Shown: positions 8,286 through 18,029, numbered from the stretch's first letter. The stretch: 46,372 bases of DNA from Candidatus Methanoperedens sp. (GCA_023249275.1 JAHFCV010000001.1:1-46372); one strand, 5' to 3'. Translations and numbers: made by a program. Notes: generated by a model not told the origin, from the letters alone.

Positions 8286-11141
8286 TTATTCTATATATAT
8301 AGCCGGTCTCATAGGCAGCGCATTGCGGCTTTTTCCCTGCGGGTCGTATCCTGGCGCATCTGCGCTGTATATCTCTATATTACATTCTACCTCATGGCTT
8401 AAGAAACCCAGTGCTTCTTTTAAAGCAGAGGTCTCATCAAGCTCCACTTCAACCAGGGAATTCATCAATTCATTATCTATACCCTGGATATCCGTGATTA
8501 CCTTTTGTGCATATTTTGGAATTTCCTTTGCGTGCGCACGCATCGCTGGATCACTCATAAGCGCATTCATGAGCGACTTCATATCAAGGGTATTCTCTTT
8601 TTTCATCATTATGGCACGCTTTAGAACCGCCTTTTTCCATGAAGCTCCCGTGTACAAAATTATCCGTTTGGGCTTTATTTTAATAAGGCGAATAATTTCT
8701 TCAATATCCCGAAGGGTATTGCTCAGTATTTCTTCTGCAAATTCTGCTGACTTATCGATAAGCGACATGTCAGCCTCGGGAAATCGTGAGAGAGAGATAA
8801 AATTACCGTCCAGTTTTTCTTCAATCTCATCACATATATGGGGTGTAAAAGGCGCCATTAATCGAACCCACGTATGCAAGATTTGCTTTCGGGCAGCTTT
8901 ACCCCCGCGGCGTTCATACCACTTCATGTCGTTCATAAGCATGTAAAAAGCATTCTGGACAGACCTTCTTGTCTGTATTTTATTAAGCGCCTCCGCAGTT
9001 TCCCGAATCCTGTACTGTAACCTGCTTAACATCCATTTGTCAATTAATTTTAATTCGCCTGTGTCTTTTTCGTTAATAATGTCGTATGCCATTTTATAAA
9101 ATCTTTCAACCTGTTTCCTGGTGGCTTCCACATCAGCCGCCCTCCAGTCTGCGTCCTGGACATGCTCAGCCGTGCTCAGTATATAAAGACGGGTTACATC
9201 AGCGCCAAACTCTTTTACGGCAGATTTCAATGTGAGTAAAGGTCCTTTGGATTTACTCATCTTCTCTCCTTCAAGCGATACGAAGCCATTGATAGCTATA
9301 GCGCGAGGCCAGTTAAATTCCGGGAAAATCGCAACATGGTGGAAAAGGAAAAACAGGAGATGATTGGGGATTAAATCCTTTCCTGAAGTACGCAGGTCCA
9401 CAGGATACCAGTATCCAAAATCCGACCTGATACTCTCAATGATATCAAGCGCGATTTCGGTCTTTGCTTCAACATCTTCGGGTTTTCCCTCTCCCAATAA
9501 ACAGTAATTAAAAAACTCTTCTTTTAATTGCCCTGGCTCGAATTTATCAAGGTATTTTGCAATAATATAATAGCTCATGTAAATTGTGGAATCCCCGAGT
9601 GATTCTATCATCCATTCCCTGTCCCATGGAAGCCTCGTCCCCAGTCCTTTTCGCCTTGCGCAAGCCTTGTCTTTTAACCAGTCAATCTTATTTTCAAAAT
9701 CCACCCTCATTTCAGGCGGGATTATCTGCATTCCGCCAAGGCATTTATAGACCTGTTTTTTCCACGAAGTGTCTGAATAATTTAAGAACCACTGGTTTTC
9801 CACCATTTTTATAACGCATGTGGCTCCACACCTGCATATCACAGGCTGCTCGCTGAATTCATAGAAAACATCGGCAATACCCTGGTCTATCAGGTCGCGC
9901 GCCAGCACGTCTTTTATTTTGGAGACTGGCATGCCTGCATATTTCCCTGTGGTTTCCGTCAACACACCGCCGTGGAATTCACGCCTGTAAACGAGTTTTG
10001 TCGCTTCTTCCGCTTTCGGGTCTTTCTGGTCTTTGACTTTCAGTTCAGTGACTGCGTCAACTGCCGGATATGTCCCGTATTCCGGTACTTTTATCAGGGA
10101 AATAAGCGGTATTGAAGAAACATCCTCAGTGATGCCGTATTTTGTTAAGTCCGCGCCCTTCAAATCACGCAGCGCAAGATAATCGTATGGCGCGTGGGCA
10201 GGAACGCTCATCACTATGCCGCTTCCGTTTTCCGGGCTTACAAAAGATGCGGGTAGTATCAAAACATGCGCGCCAGTAAGCGGGTTTTCCACTTTTTTGC
10301 CTATCAGCTCCTCACCACTGACCTCTCCTATGAGTTCTACTTTTTTATCTGTGAATTTGAGTTTTTCATAGGCTTCCTTACTGACGAGCCATGTCTCACC
10401 ACTGGCTTTTATTTTTACATGGAGGTTTTTCGGGTTTACCCACAGGTTGGTAACCCCGAATACCGTTTCAGGGCGCAGGGTGGCGCAGGGAAGAATTTCG
10501 CCATCAAGCTTGAATTTGATAAGGGTATACTCTATTATCGTGGCATCCTCTCCTTTGAGAATGTCGTGGTCTTCGACGGGATTCTCATCATTGGGGCACC
10601 ACCGCACAGGATGCGCACCTTTTACTACCCTGTTTTTACTCTGGAGAAGATTGAACTGCCATGTGATGAATTTCTGGTAATGCGGGTCCGTGGTTGTGAA
10701 TTTTCGTCTCCAGTCGATAGAAAAACCGATATTCTTCATTGCGGCTTCCGCTTCCCTGCTGAAGTACTCCACGATTTGTTCCGGGCTCTGGATGTTATCC
10801 AGGACATCAACCGGTATTTCATGCAGTTTATTATATACCCTTATGGTTTCCGGGTCTTTTTTCTGGATCTGCTCAGCCAGTCCCACTATTGGCGTGCCTG
10901 TGGCATGAAAACCCATCGGGAATAATACATTGTAGCCCAGCATTCGTTTGTATCGTGCGATTACGTCGCCGATTGTGAAAGTCCTTGTATGACCCGCATG
11001 AAGGTTGCCGTTCAGGTAGGGGTATGGGATGGTGATGAAAAACTTTTTCCTGTCGTCAGGCTCTGCCTCGTATATTCTTGACTCAGCCCACCTGCGCTGC
11101 CATTTTTCTTCAATTTCATGCGGGTTGTACCTGTCTTTCAT
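8286..11141 (-). CDS. leuS: Leucine--tRNA ligase (archaeal type)
   Basis: PYPYLNGNLHAGH, ATLRPET editing region, SGKDLIPNHL, KMSKS. Confidence 0.97.
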   Translation of the reverse strand: MKDRYNPHEIEEKWQRRWAESRIYEAEPDDRKKFFITIPYPYLNGNLHAGHTRTFTIGDVIARYKRMLGYNVLFPMGFHATGTPIVGLAEQIQKKDPETIRVYNKLHEIPVDVLDNIQSPEQIVEYFSREAEAAMKNIGFSIDWRRKFTTTDPHYQKFITWQFNLLQSKNRVVKGAHPVRWCPNDENPVEDHDILKGEDATIIEYTLIKFKLDGEILPCATLRPETVFGVTNLWVNPKNLHVKIKASGETWLVSKEAYEKLKFTDKKVELIGEVSGEELIGKKVENPLTGAHVLILPASFVSPENGSGIVMSVPAHAPYDYLALRDLKGADLTKYGITEDVSSIPLISLIKVPEYGTYPAVDAVTELKVKDQKDPKAEEATKLVYRREFHGGVLTETTGKYAGMPVSKIKDVLARDLIDQGIADVFYEFSEQPVICRCGATCVIKMVENQWFLNYSDTSWKKQVYKCLGGMQIIPPEMRVDFENKIDWLKDKACARRKGLGTRLPWDREWMIESLGDSTIYMSYYIIAKYLDKFEPGQLKEEFFNYCLLGEGKPEDVEAKTEIALDIIESIRSDFGYWYPVDLRTSGKDLIPNHLLFFLFHHVAIFPEFNWPRAIAINGFVSLEGEKMSKSKGPLLTLKSAVKEFGADVTRLYILSTAEHVQDADWRAADVEATRKQVERFYKMAYDIINEKDTGELKLIDKWMLSRLQYRIRETAEALNKIQTRRSVQNAFYMLMNDMKWYERRGGKAARKQILHTWVRLMAPFTPHICDEIEEKLDGNFISLSRFPEADMSLIDKSAEFAEEILSNTLRDIEEIIRLIKIKPKRIILYTGASWKKAVLKRAIMMKKENTLDMKSLMNALMSDPAMRAHAKEIPKYAQKVITDIQGIDNELMNSLVEVELDETSALKEALGFLSHEVECNIEIYSADAPGYDPQGKSRNALPMRPAIYIE

Positions 11142-11182
11142 TCTCCCTGTTGCACAACTTAATAGTAAAAAGCTTTAACGGT

Positions 11183-13333
11183 TTATTTTATAGATTTCAC
11201 CCTGTATATCTCCGCAGCGCCCCTGTACACCCGTTCGAAATTGGAGGCGTTTTCAAACTTGCGAATTCCAGTCTCTTTATATTTTGATAATTCAACGTCG
11301 CCAATATACACATAGGATACATTGTATTTTTTCAACAGCACCTCTGCCTCACGATAATCCGGGGTATTATATATTGTGTTAACGTCTGCAATCCGCTGCG
11401 AAATTTGCTCCCAGTTGTCGCGCCATGTGTATTCATGACCATCCCAGCCAATAACAGTGGGAACTCCCGTAAAAGCCGATATAAGTGACGTATCCTTGAA
11501 ACTTTCACCCGGGGCTTCCAGTATCACTGGCGTATCATGGATATTCATATTGACCCAGAATATAGCGTCATAACTGCCGAAATTGGTCTTTTTCATAAAA
11601 GCCACACCATCAAGATTCGGGGCGTGGCTGAACCCTTCCGCCTTTGCATACGTGCCTGTAAAAAGATAAACAGAGTTAAGCACAAGCAGGATGGACAGTA
11701 TTACCATCAGAACATTTTTCATACGGTACGTTTTTTTACACATATCATAAAAAGCATAAGCTGAAGCTGTACCCCAGAGAACCCATACCTGAATATAATA
11801 CTTAAATACGGTGTTCATTCGTTCGGAGGCGCCGCTGAAAGCGTCATCGAAATAGAAGAGTTCACAAAAAAGCAGGATACCAAAACCCAGTACTATCAAT
11901 GCGGATATGAAAAGCCTCTCCATATCCCTGTCCCTGTAAAAAAAATAGATACTTATGCCAATTAAAAAGGCAAGAGGCACAAACACCGAAAGGGTCTGGA
12001 AACCGGGAAAGAAGTACAATGCAACACTTGATAGTGCAAGTACTGCCAGTATCCATTTTTTATATCTAAATTCGGGAATATTGATTAACGTGAAAGAGAC
12101 TATCAAAAATAAAAACACGTTGTATATCACCAGAAAATTAAGCAATTCTGTCCGAACTACGACAGGTTTAATCCCGTGTATGCCTGCGGGTTTAAAATCC
12201 ATGAAAAAAAAGATGAACAGCAAAAACCCAAGGAGAAGGATTGCGGCGCCAACACCTGCTTGTCTTAATAAATGACTGATTTTCCCGCTTCCGGGCTGCG
12301 GTTCAGACACTATGGATTTTATTACTAAAACCATAACAAATAGCGCTGCATAGGTTGGATAATCCCATGAGTTGATGACAAAAAGGGAACCTGCGCTCAG
12401 GCTCAGGAAAATAAAGGCAAGAGGTGAAATTCTTTTTGCAAAATAAAAATTGAGAATGAGTGTAATCGCCAGCAGCACGAAGGGTATTGCAATCGCGTGG
12501 GCGTGAAGGTCACCGAATATGAAACTGAAATAAGGGAATTCAGTGATGGTATCGGGTATAATTCTCGATGCTCCCCAGTAATCTATGATACCTGGCACAC
12601 TTCCCCATTGAGTGCTGTTCACGCCCAGCGCATGAGCTGAAATTACCGCAGCAGGATAAAGATTGCCTGCAAATACAAGCATGAACATAGCGAAAAGTCC
12701 TGCTTTTTTGCTTCGCGTAAGATTGTATCCGAGTCCAAAAGCAGCATTTGCTGCAAGGGCTGGTATGAGTGACATGCCCAGATTATAAGCTATGTATGCA
12801 GGAATTCCGGTAATTTTTGATAGGGTGGCGATGACGTATGTACCGAAATAATAATACGTAGTTACCTGAAAACCGGAAAGCCACGAGTCATGCGGGGGGA
12901 GGCTGCCGCTTCTTATGATTGAATTAAGAAGCATGAAGTCGTTAACTTTCTCACCTCCGTGAATATCAGGATTGTATGCCCTCATTACTAAAAAAAACAG
13001 AAAAACAACCCCGAATATCAATTCATTCCTTAACAAGAGCGCCCGTTCGATATCCGGTTTGAACCTTTTATATGAAAATATGCAAACCATACAGACCAGC
13101 AACAGGGAAATAATTATCCCGTATCTGCCGTAGCCGACAGCATAAGACAATATCCAGGAAATATAAGCAAAAAGCAGGAGGCTAAGCGTCTTTGAAACCG
13201 AGTAACCGCGGTCGTGGAGGCTGCCGCATACGTGAGAGGTGACGGGGAGTAAAACGATTCCCAGGAATACAATCAGCAGGTACCATATCGCTGCATATAT
13301 TATTTGAGACCACAATGCAGCATCCATTGTCAT
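11183..13333 (-). CDS. YYY/DUF2298 polytopic membrane protein (putative GT-C glycosyltransferase)
   Basis: GGEK..DF, PPHDSWLSG, YYYFG, ITEFPYFSFIFGDLHAH, NSWDYP, RMNTVFK, FTGVPTVIGW.GHE motifs. ATG at 13333 overlaps the upstream stop (ATGA); the track start is 13339. Confidence 0.85.
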   Translation of the reverse strand: MTMDAALWSQIIYAAIWYLLIVFLGIVLLPVTSHVCGSLHDRGYSVSKTLSLLLFAYISWILSYAVGYGRYGIIISLLLVCMVCIFSYKRFKPDIERALLLRNELIFGVVFLFFLVMRAYNPDIHGGEKVNDFMLLNSIIRSGSLPPHDSWLSGFQVTTYYYFGTYVIATLSKITGIPAYIAYNLGMSLIPALAANAAFGLGYNLTRSKKAGLFAMFMLVFAGNLYPAAVISAHALGVNSTQWGSVPGIIDYWGASRIIPDTITEFPYFSFIFGDLHAHAIAIPFVLLAITLILNFYFAKRISPLAFIFLSLSAGSLFVINSWDYPTYAALFVMVLVIKSIVSEPQPGSGKISHLLRQAGVGAAILLLGFLLFIFFFMDFKPAGIHGIKPVVVRTELLNFLVIYNVFLFLIVSFTLINIPEFRYKKWILAVLALSSVALYFFPGFQTLSVFVPLAFLIGISIYFFYRDRDMERLFISALIVLGFGILLFCELFYFDDAFSGASERMNTVFKYYIQVWVLWGTASAYAFYDMCKKTYRMKNVLMVILSILLVLNSVYLFTGTYAKAEGFSHAPNLDGVAFMKKTNFGSYDAIFWVNMNIHDTPVILEAPGESFKDTSLISAFTGVPTVIGWDGHEYTWRDNWEQISQRIADVNTIYNTPDYREAEVLLKKYNVSYVYIGDVELSKYKETGIRKFENASNFERVYRGAAEIYRVKSIK

Positions 13334-14037
13334 ACCCACAGGAATTCATACCATAATCTGAATATCTGCGACCCCATACCGAAAATATCCCTTATTAAAT
13401 CCACTTTTGTGGTACCGCCGTGCCTCCAATCCACAGGAAACTCCTTTACCTTAAAACCCGCATGCTGGGCGCGGACGTATAATTCCGTATCCCAGAACCA
13501 GTGGGTATCTTTGACCTTATCCAAAAGCTTAAAAAGAGACTCCCGTTTGAAGGATTTGAACCCGCACTGGTGGTCATAGAGTTTTGAACCCAGCATAAAA
13601 CGTGTCAGGAAATTGAAACCTTTGCTTGCAAACCCTCTCTTAAATGGTCTCTTGACATTACTCTCAGGAATCATCCTTGAGCCTGTGGCAAAATCATAAC
13701 CCTCTCGGATTGACTGGATTAATTCCCGCAAATACTTCATGTCTGTGGCAAGGTCTACGTCAATGTAGCCAAGAATTTCGCCTTTTGACGCTTTAAAAGC
13801 CCTGTTCAGCGCGCGCCCCCTGCCCTGCCTTTCCTCCGAATGCAGGTGCACAACAAAATCATATTTTTTTGCAAGGGCTTCACAAATCCTGTCCGTGCCG
13901 TCTTTACTTCCGTCTTCTGCTATTATGATTTCAAAAGACGGCGTGATATCACGAAGAGCGAAAGCCGTCCTTTCAACTGTGCTTTCTATCCTTGCCGCTT
14001 CATTATAAGCAGGCAGAACAATTGAAACTTCTATTAT
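13330..14037 (-). CDS. GT2 dolichol-phosphate glycosyltransferase (AglD/DPG-synthase-like), apparent ATA start
   Basis: Frame extends 62 codons beyond the track ORF: IIEVSIVLPAYNEAARI...IIIAEDGSKDGT...GRGRA...YIDVDL...DHQCGFK...WFWDTE; AGGAGG 7 nt before ATA at 14037; in-frame TAA just upstream. Confidence 0.88.
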   Translation of the reverse strand: MIEVSIVLPAYNEAARIESTVERTAFALRDITPSFEIIIAEDGSKDGTDRICEALAKKYDFVVHLHSEERQGRGRALNRAFKASKGEILGYIDVDLATDMKYLRELIQSIREGYDFATGSRMIPESNVKRPFKRGFASKGFNFLTRFMLGSKLYDHQCGFKSFKRESLFKLLDKVKDTHWFWDTELYVRAQHAGFKVKEFPVDWRHGGTTKVDLIRDIFGMGSQIFRLWYEFLWV

Positions 14038-14107
14038 TTTGACGCCTCCTGATTTAAATTAAAAATGCGCGCTAATTGGACTCATGCCTGGATGCAAGTT
14101 TAGAGAA

Positions 14108-14266
14108 CTACTTCATTCCATATACATTCTTTTTTCGCCTTTCAATCGTGTCTTTCAACCTGTCGCGGTCGGAAAAAGGGGGTCTTACTTCCTGAAGCTT
14201 CTTTTCTTCCGTCGCAGGAGGCTTGCGTTTTCGGCTTTCCCATATAGCATCATGTACATCGGACAT
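14108..14266 (-). CDS. Small charged hypothetical protein (52 aa)
   Basis: Hand translation MSDVHDAIWESRKRKPPATEEKKLQEVRPPFSDRDRLKDTIERRKKNVYGMK; AGGTGA RBS upstream; fills the intergenic gap. Confidence 0.6.
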   Translation of the reverse strand: MSDVHDAIWESRKRKPPATEEKKLQEVRPPFSDRDRLKDTIERRKKNVYGMK

Positions 14267-14361
14267 CGTATTCACCTGTTTAACACAGTTATCAGCACCT
14301 TTATTAATTTCATTCTTAATAAAACGAGGGGATATTATCCATTATATTCCGGTAAATATTG

Positions 14362-15102
14362 TCAATCCTCGCGAACCACGAAGTTTTTTAAAATCCCGAT
14401 ATTCTCTATCTCTATTTCGACTTCATCCCCGACAAACAGCTCGCCTACTCCCGGCGGCGTACCTGTGGCTATGATGTCACCGCACTCAAGAGTCATTATG
14501 CCTGAGATAAACTCAATTAAGTCTGGAACGTCGAAAATAAGGTTGGAAGTACTTGATTCCTGCCGCAGTTTACCGTTCACCCTTGTTTTAATAAGGAGGT
14601 CGCCGACATCCAGTCCGGCATCCGCAATATAAGGTCCTACTGGCGCGAATGTGTCAAAACTCTTGGCTCTTGTCCACTGGGTATCTTTCTTCTGCAAATC
14701 CCTTGCAGTGACGTCATTGAAACATGTATATCCCATTATCACACTGCCCGCATCGGCTGCACGGATGTTCTTGCAGCGCTTTCCGATTATCACTGCAAGT
14801 TCAGCCTCGTATTCCACCTGCCTGGTCTTGCCAGGATAGACAATATTTCCGAGATGAACTGTTACCGCTGACGGAGGCTTTAAAAATAGCAGCGGGTTCT
14901 TGGGTATCGGCATGCTCAACTCCCTGGCATGGTCTATATAGTTGAGCCCTACGCAAACTATCTTGCTTGGTTGCGTGGGCGGCAGCAACTCAAGCTCCGA
15001 GAGCATAAACGTATCACTGTAAAGCCCCCTGTCAACAATAACCCGCCCATCACTGGCAACGCCGTTGAATATCTCGCCGTCGTATTTGAATCTTCCAATC
15101 AT
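14362..15102 (-). CDS. Fumarylacetoacetate hydrolase family protein
   Basis: KIVCVGLNY.DH, FLKPPS, YEAELAVIIG, NDVTARDLQ, RAKSFDTF, GDIIATGTPPGVG. Confidence 0.93.
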   Translation of the reverse strand: MIGRFKYDGEIFNGVASDGRVIVDRGLYSDTFMLSELELLPPTQPSKIVCVGLNYIDHARELSMPIPKNPLLFLKPPSAVTVHLGNIVYPGKTRQVEYEAELAVIIGKRCKNIRAADAGSVIMGYTCFNDVTARDLQKKDTQWTRAKSFDTFAPVGPYIADAGLDVGDLLIKTRVNGKLRQESSTSNLIFDVPDLIEFISGIMTLECGDIIATGTPPGVGELFVGDEVEIEIENIGILKNFVVRED

Positions 15103-15183
15103 ATGCTATTAACCTGCATGTTTCTTACTGTTGCTAATGTATATCTTTTCATATTATAGTTACTGCATAACATCTGAACATAA

Positions 15184-15298
15184 ATCACGAATCACACGAA
15201 TATACAAATTTCACGAATATAAGATGTATCAGGTTGAAATTTCATCGTGGACTGCCTTGTTAAATTCGTGTCATTCGCGCATTCGTGAAATTCGTGAT
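15184..15298. repeat. Palindromic heptamer-array element A (CACGAAT x4 ... ATTCGTG x4)
   Basis: Left units at 15186, 15195, 15203 (degenerate), 15212; right units at 15264, 15273, 15281, 15290; both arms have 9-8-9 spacing. Confidence 0.8.
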
Positions 15299-15443
15299 GA
15301 AAAATTACCATATGTTTCGCGGGAGACTAAAATATTTTGATGGGGGTGGAATCATGAATTTATTTTGGGCGAAAGCTTTATACATTATTAGCATTATGAT
15401 TATAATCATGGTATGTTTGCTATCATATGGAGGAATAAACGAA

Positions 15444-15581
15444 ATGAAGATAGTTCATGTCCAATCTGTACTTCCGCAGGAAGATGTAATTGCGCTGAAG
15501 GAAAAAGCCGGAGAGTCCTCAGTCAAGGAAGCTATTTCAAAGGCAGTATACCATTATTTGAAATGCGGTAAAGAGGAATAA
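15444..15581 (+). CDS. Small DUF5371-like (probable ribbon-helix-helix) protein
   Basis: MKIVHVQSVLPQEDVIALKEKAGESSVKEAISKAVYHYLKC; GGAGG RBS upstream; start shortened from the track's 15285. Confidence 0.75.
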   Translation: MKIVHVQSVLPQEDVIALKEKAGESSVKEAISKAVYHYLKCGKEE

Positions 15582-15583
15582 AT

Positions 15584-15844
15584 ATGAAAGAGATCCCGAA
15601 ATACATCACATCAGTCCAGATAAAAAATCAACAGGCAGAGCAGTTGAATATCTCCCTTGGTTTTGAGAAAAATGGGGCGATAAGATTATGTTTCCAGGAT
15701 ACCGCAGAATTGGGGCAGGATTCAAATTATATTAATCAGAATTCTTTTCCGAACAGCGGACTGATGGTTCACGGAATGTACTCGATGTGGCTTTCAATGT
15801 TCGGAAGGCACATACTATCTTTTAATGACGATGAACTCGAATAG
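15584..15844 (+). CDS. Hypothetical protein (86 aa)
   Basis: ATG 2 bp after the previous stop with GAGG RBS. Confidence 0.6.
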   Translation: MKEIPKYITSVQIKNQQAEQLNISLGFEKNGAIRLCFQDTAELGQDSNYINQNSFPNSGLMVHGMYSMWLSMFGRHILSFNDDELE

Positions 15845-15852
15845 GACGCCAT

Positions 15853-15906
15853 GTAGGGGGGAATGGTCAACCCCCCCCCTTTACCTCCAAATACAGTCCT
15901 TTTCTT
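15853..15906 (+). terminator. G-run/C-run stem-loop followed by a T-rich tract
   Basis: GTAGGGGGG-aatggtcaa-CCCCCCCCCTTTAC, then CTTTTTCTT downstream of the two-gene unit. Confidence 0.35.
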
Positions 15907-15945
15907 CACAAAAAGGTTTTATGGATTAATCGACTTTTATAGGTC

Positions 15946-16332
15946 ATGGTAACCGTAGCAATATTGATTGGTTCAGAATCAGACAGGGAAATTGCGCAGC
16001 GTTCGGCAAAAGTGCTTGATAGCAGTGGTGTGGAATATGAGATAAAGGTTCTCTCAGCTCACAGGAACCCTGTTGAATTGGAGGATTACATAAAAAAAAG
16101 TGACGCGGATGTTTTCATAGCGATAGCAGGATTATCCGCAGCCCTTCCCGGCGTAATCGCCTCACGCACAAAAAAGCCTGTCATCGGCGTACCTGTAAGC
16201 TCAAAACTCGGGGGGATGGATGCCCTTTTATCCATCGTGCAGATGCCAAAAGGCGTGCCCGTCGCCTGTGTGGGAATAGATAACGGCGAGAATGCGGCGC
16301 ATCTTGCCCTGCGGATACTCGGGATGTCCTGA
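15946..16332 (+). CDS. purE: AIR carboxylase / N5-CAIR mutase
   Basis: [46 protein letters not shown]. Confidence 0.95.
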   Translation: MVTVAILIGSESDREIAQRSAKVLDSSGVEYEIKVLSAHRNPVELEDYIKKSDADVFIAIAGLSAALPGVIASRTKKPVIGVPVSSKLGGMDALLSIVQMPKGVPVACVGIDNGENAAHLALRILGMS

Positions 16333-16476
16333 TTACCCTTCTGCGCTGTAGGTCAGACAGCATTGCGGGCAGGAATAGGTTATAATATCTTTTCCCTTCT
16401 CGCTTTTTTTCACCACGGAGCGCATCCAGCTTCCGCATGTGGGGCATTTATGGTCAGAAAGCGCCCTGTTCTTCAT
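16333..16476 (-). CDS. Small CPxCG-type zinc-finger protein (47 aa)
   Basis: Hand translation MKNRALSDHKCPTCGSWMRSVVKKSEKGKDIITYSCPQCCLTYSAEG; starts 3 bp after the upstream gene's stop. Confidence 0.7.
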   Translation of the reverse strand: MKNRALSDHKCPTCGSWMRSVVKKSEKGKDIITYSCPQCCLTYSAEG

Positions 16477-16479
16477 TAG

Positions 16480-16989
16480 TTACACCTTTCCCACTGGCAA
16501 TCCGCACCTGTTGCAAAATTTTGCAGATATTGGATTGTTCCAGCCGCATGAACACACACGTTTATCTTCAAGAGATATGTTTTTTACAATTTCCGATAGC
16601 TGAGCTGTGTTTTTATAAAGGATATTCCACAGGGAATAAACCGGAATAAGCGCTAAAATAAAAAATACAATGTAATATATCCCATAAGGCAAATCGGCTG
16701 CGAAGGGACTGAACGCTCCGTAAAGCGTCAGTATAACCAGTAAAATGATAAACCACCTGACTACCGATTGAACCTGTGGGTATTCCGGTGATGAGAGCGC
16801 AATCTGCTGATTGAATTCTTTCATGAATTTTAATAAAATAACAACCACAGCGAGGGAAAGTGCAATGTCGACAACTGAATAAACCGCATCCACTTTTTTC
16901 AGCGTAACCATCGCAACGATTCTAACCAGGATAACCAGGATTAACGCTAATATTGCATTTATTATCGGTCTTTGTAATTCCTTTTTCAT
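16480..16989 (-). CDS. 4-TM membrane protein with C-terminal zinc ribbon
   Basis: Four hydrophobic segments; CSCGWNNPISAKFCNRCG. Confidence 0.8.
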   Translation of the reverse strand: MKKELQRPIINAILALILVILVRIVAMVTLKKVDAVYSVVDIALSLAVVVILLKFMKEFNQQIALSSPEYPQVQSVVRWFIILLVILTLYGAFSPFAADLPYGIYYIVFFILALIPVYSLWNILYKNTAQLSEIVKNISLEDKRVCSCGWNNPISAKFCNRCGLPVGKV

Positions 16990-18029
16990 GTATCACCAAT
17001 TTGGTCTGGAATATAATTAAGGTAAGCATCCATCAATCCAAAGCAGCCTGTAAGCATCATGTCCCCGAACGGTGCAGCAAACCGCAGCTCCAGTTTTGAG
17101 CGCCTCATGATATCACGCATTGGACCTGTGACAAGTACTGAGCCGAGTTTATCAAAATCTAACGCCTCCCTGACATAGCACCCATGCCCCCCGTCATCAA
17201 AAACCTCCTGGAAGTCGAGTGTTCCGCCGCATAATCGCCTCAGGTAATCATCAAGCTTGGCTGCTGTCATCTGGTGGGTATGATGCTCGAATATTGAGAA
17301 AAGCCTTCCGTTATCCACCACCCCTGCGAGCGTGTGACCATTGCCAATATTTGCCACAATACATGGCTGTGTGCGCTCATCAAGAAGCGCGCCCCTTATT
17401 GCTGCAATCCCCGTATCCATAAAAAGCGCATCCGGCAGCGTTCTCTCTACGGCTTTCATCCTTGTGAAACGCTCAGGAATATTGTTTTTATAAACAAAGG
17501 AGTTCAGGGCTCCACCTTTTTTTATGATATCGCTGAAATACTCAAAGCGGAACACGCGGTTGCTAACATCCGGAGAATAACCGTGGTCCTGCACTGCGAC
17601 TGCAAAATTGTCGGGAAGCTCAAGCCCGAAAAGTTCCAGTGTTTTTTCAAGGGCATGTTTATCCACATCGCACATTTCAATTCTTGATGCGTTTAATTCA
17701 TTCGCTTCATCTTCACTGACAATTACCACGCCCATTTCCTTTATTTTGTCTATATTATCATTCAGCGTGAGCGCCGCCCTTTCCGTGGCATATACATCAA
17801 GGTTGGCTTCAAGGTGCCTGCGCACCGCGCCAGCACATGGTCCTCCGCCCATGGTTTCTCCAATGAGAACTATATCATGCTTTAACCTTGTCTCCTGCGC
17901 AATCCTTTTTGCGACAATCTGTGTCTGCGATGGAAGCACCATCTTGAAGCAGTTTTCAATATTTTTTTGGCTGTCGTAGAGAAGAATGTCCTGTGTTCCC
18001 ATTCCAACATCAATGGCAAGAAGTTTCAT
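16986..18029 (-). CDS. DUF1786 family protein (ASKHA-like fold)
   Basis: LAIDVGMGTQDIL, GETMGGGP, AVQDHG, MDTG.AA, NIGNGHT, FEHHT, DGGHG, PFGDMMLTGCFGL. Confidence 0.8.
   Translation of the reverse strand: MKLLAIDVGMGTQDILLYDSQKNIENCFKMVLPSQTQIVAKRIAQETRLKHDIVLIGETMGGGPCAGAVRRHLEANLDVYATERAALTLNDNIDKIKEMGVVIVSEDEANELNASRIEMCDVDKHALEKTLELFGLELPDNFAVAVQDHGYSPDVSNRVFRFEYFSDIIKKGGALNSFVYKNNIPERFTRMKAVERTLPDALFMDTGIAAIRGALLDERTQPCIVANIGNGHTLAGVVDNGRLFSIFEHHTHQMTAAKLDDYLRRLCGGTLDFQEVFDDGGHGCYVREALDFDKLGSVLVTGPMRDIMRRSKLELRFAAPFGDMMLTGCFGLMDAYLNYIPDQIGDT

Noticed and set aside
14084-14632. 182-aa plus-strand ORF
   Set aside because: Antisense to the FAH gene and to the 52-aa gene that has a good RBS; no motifs.
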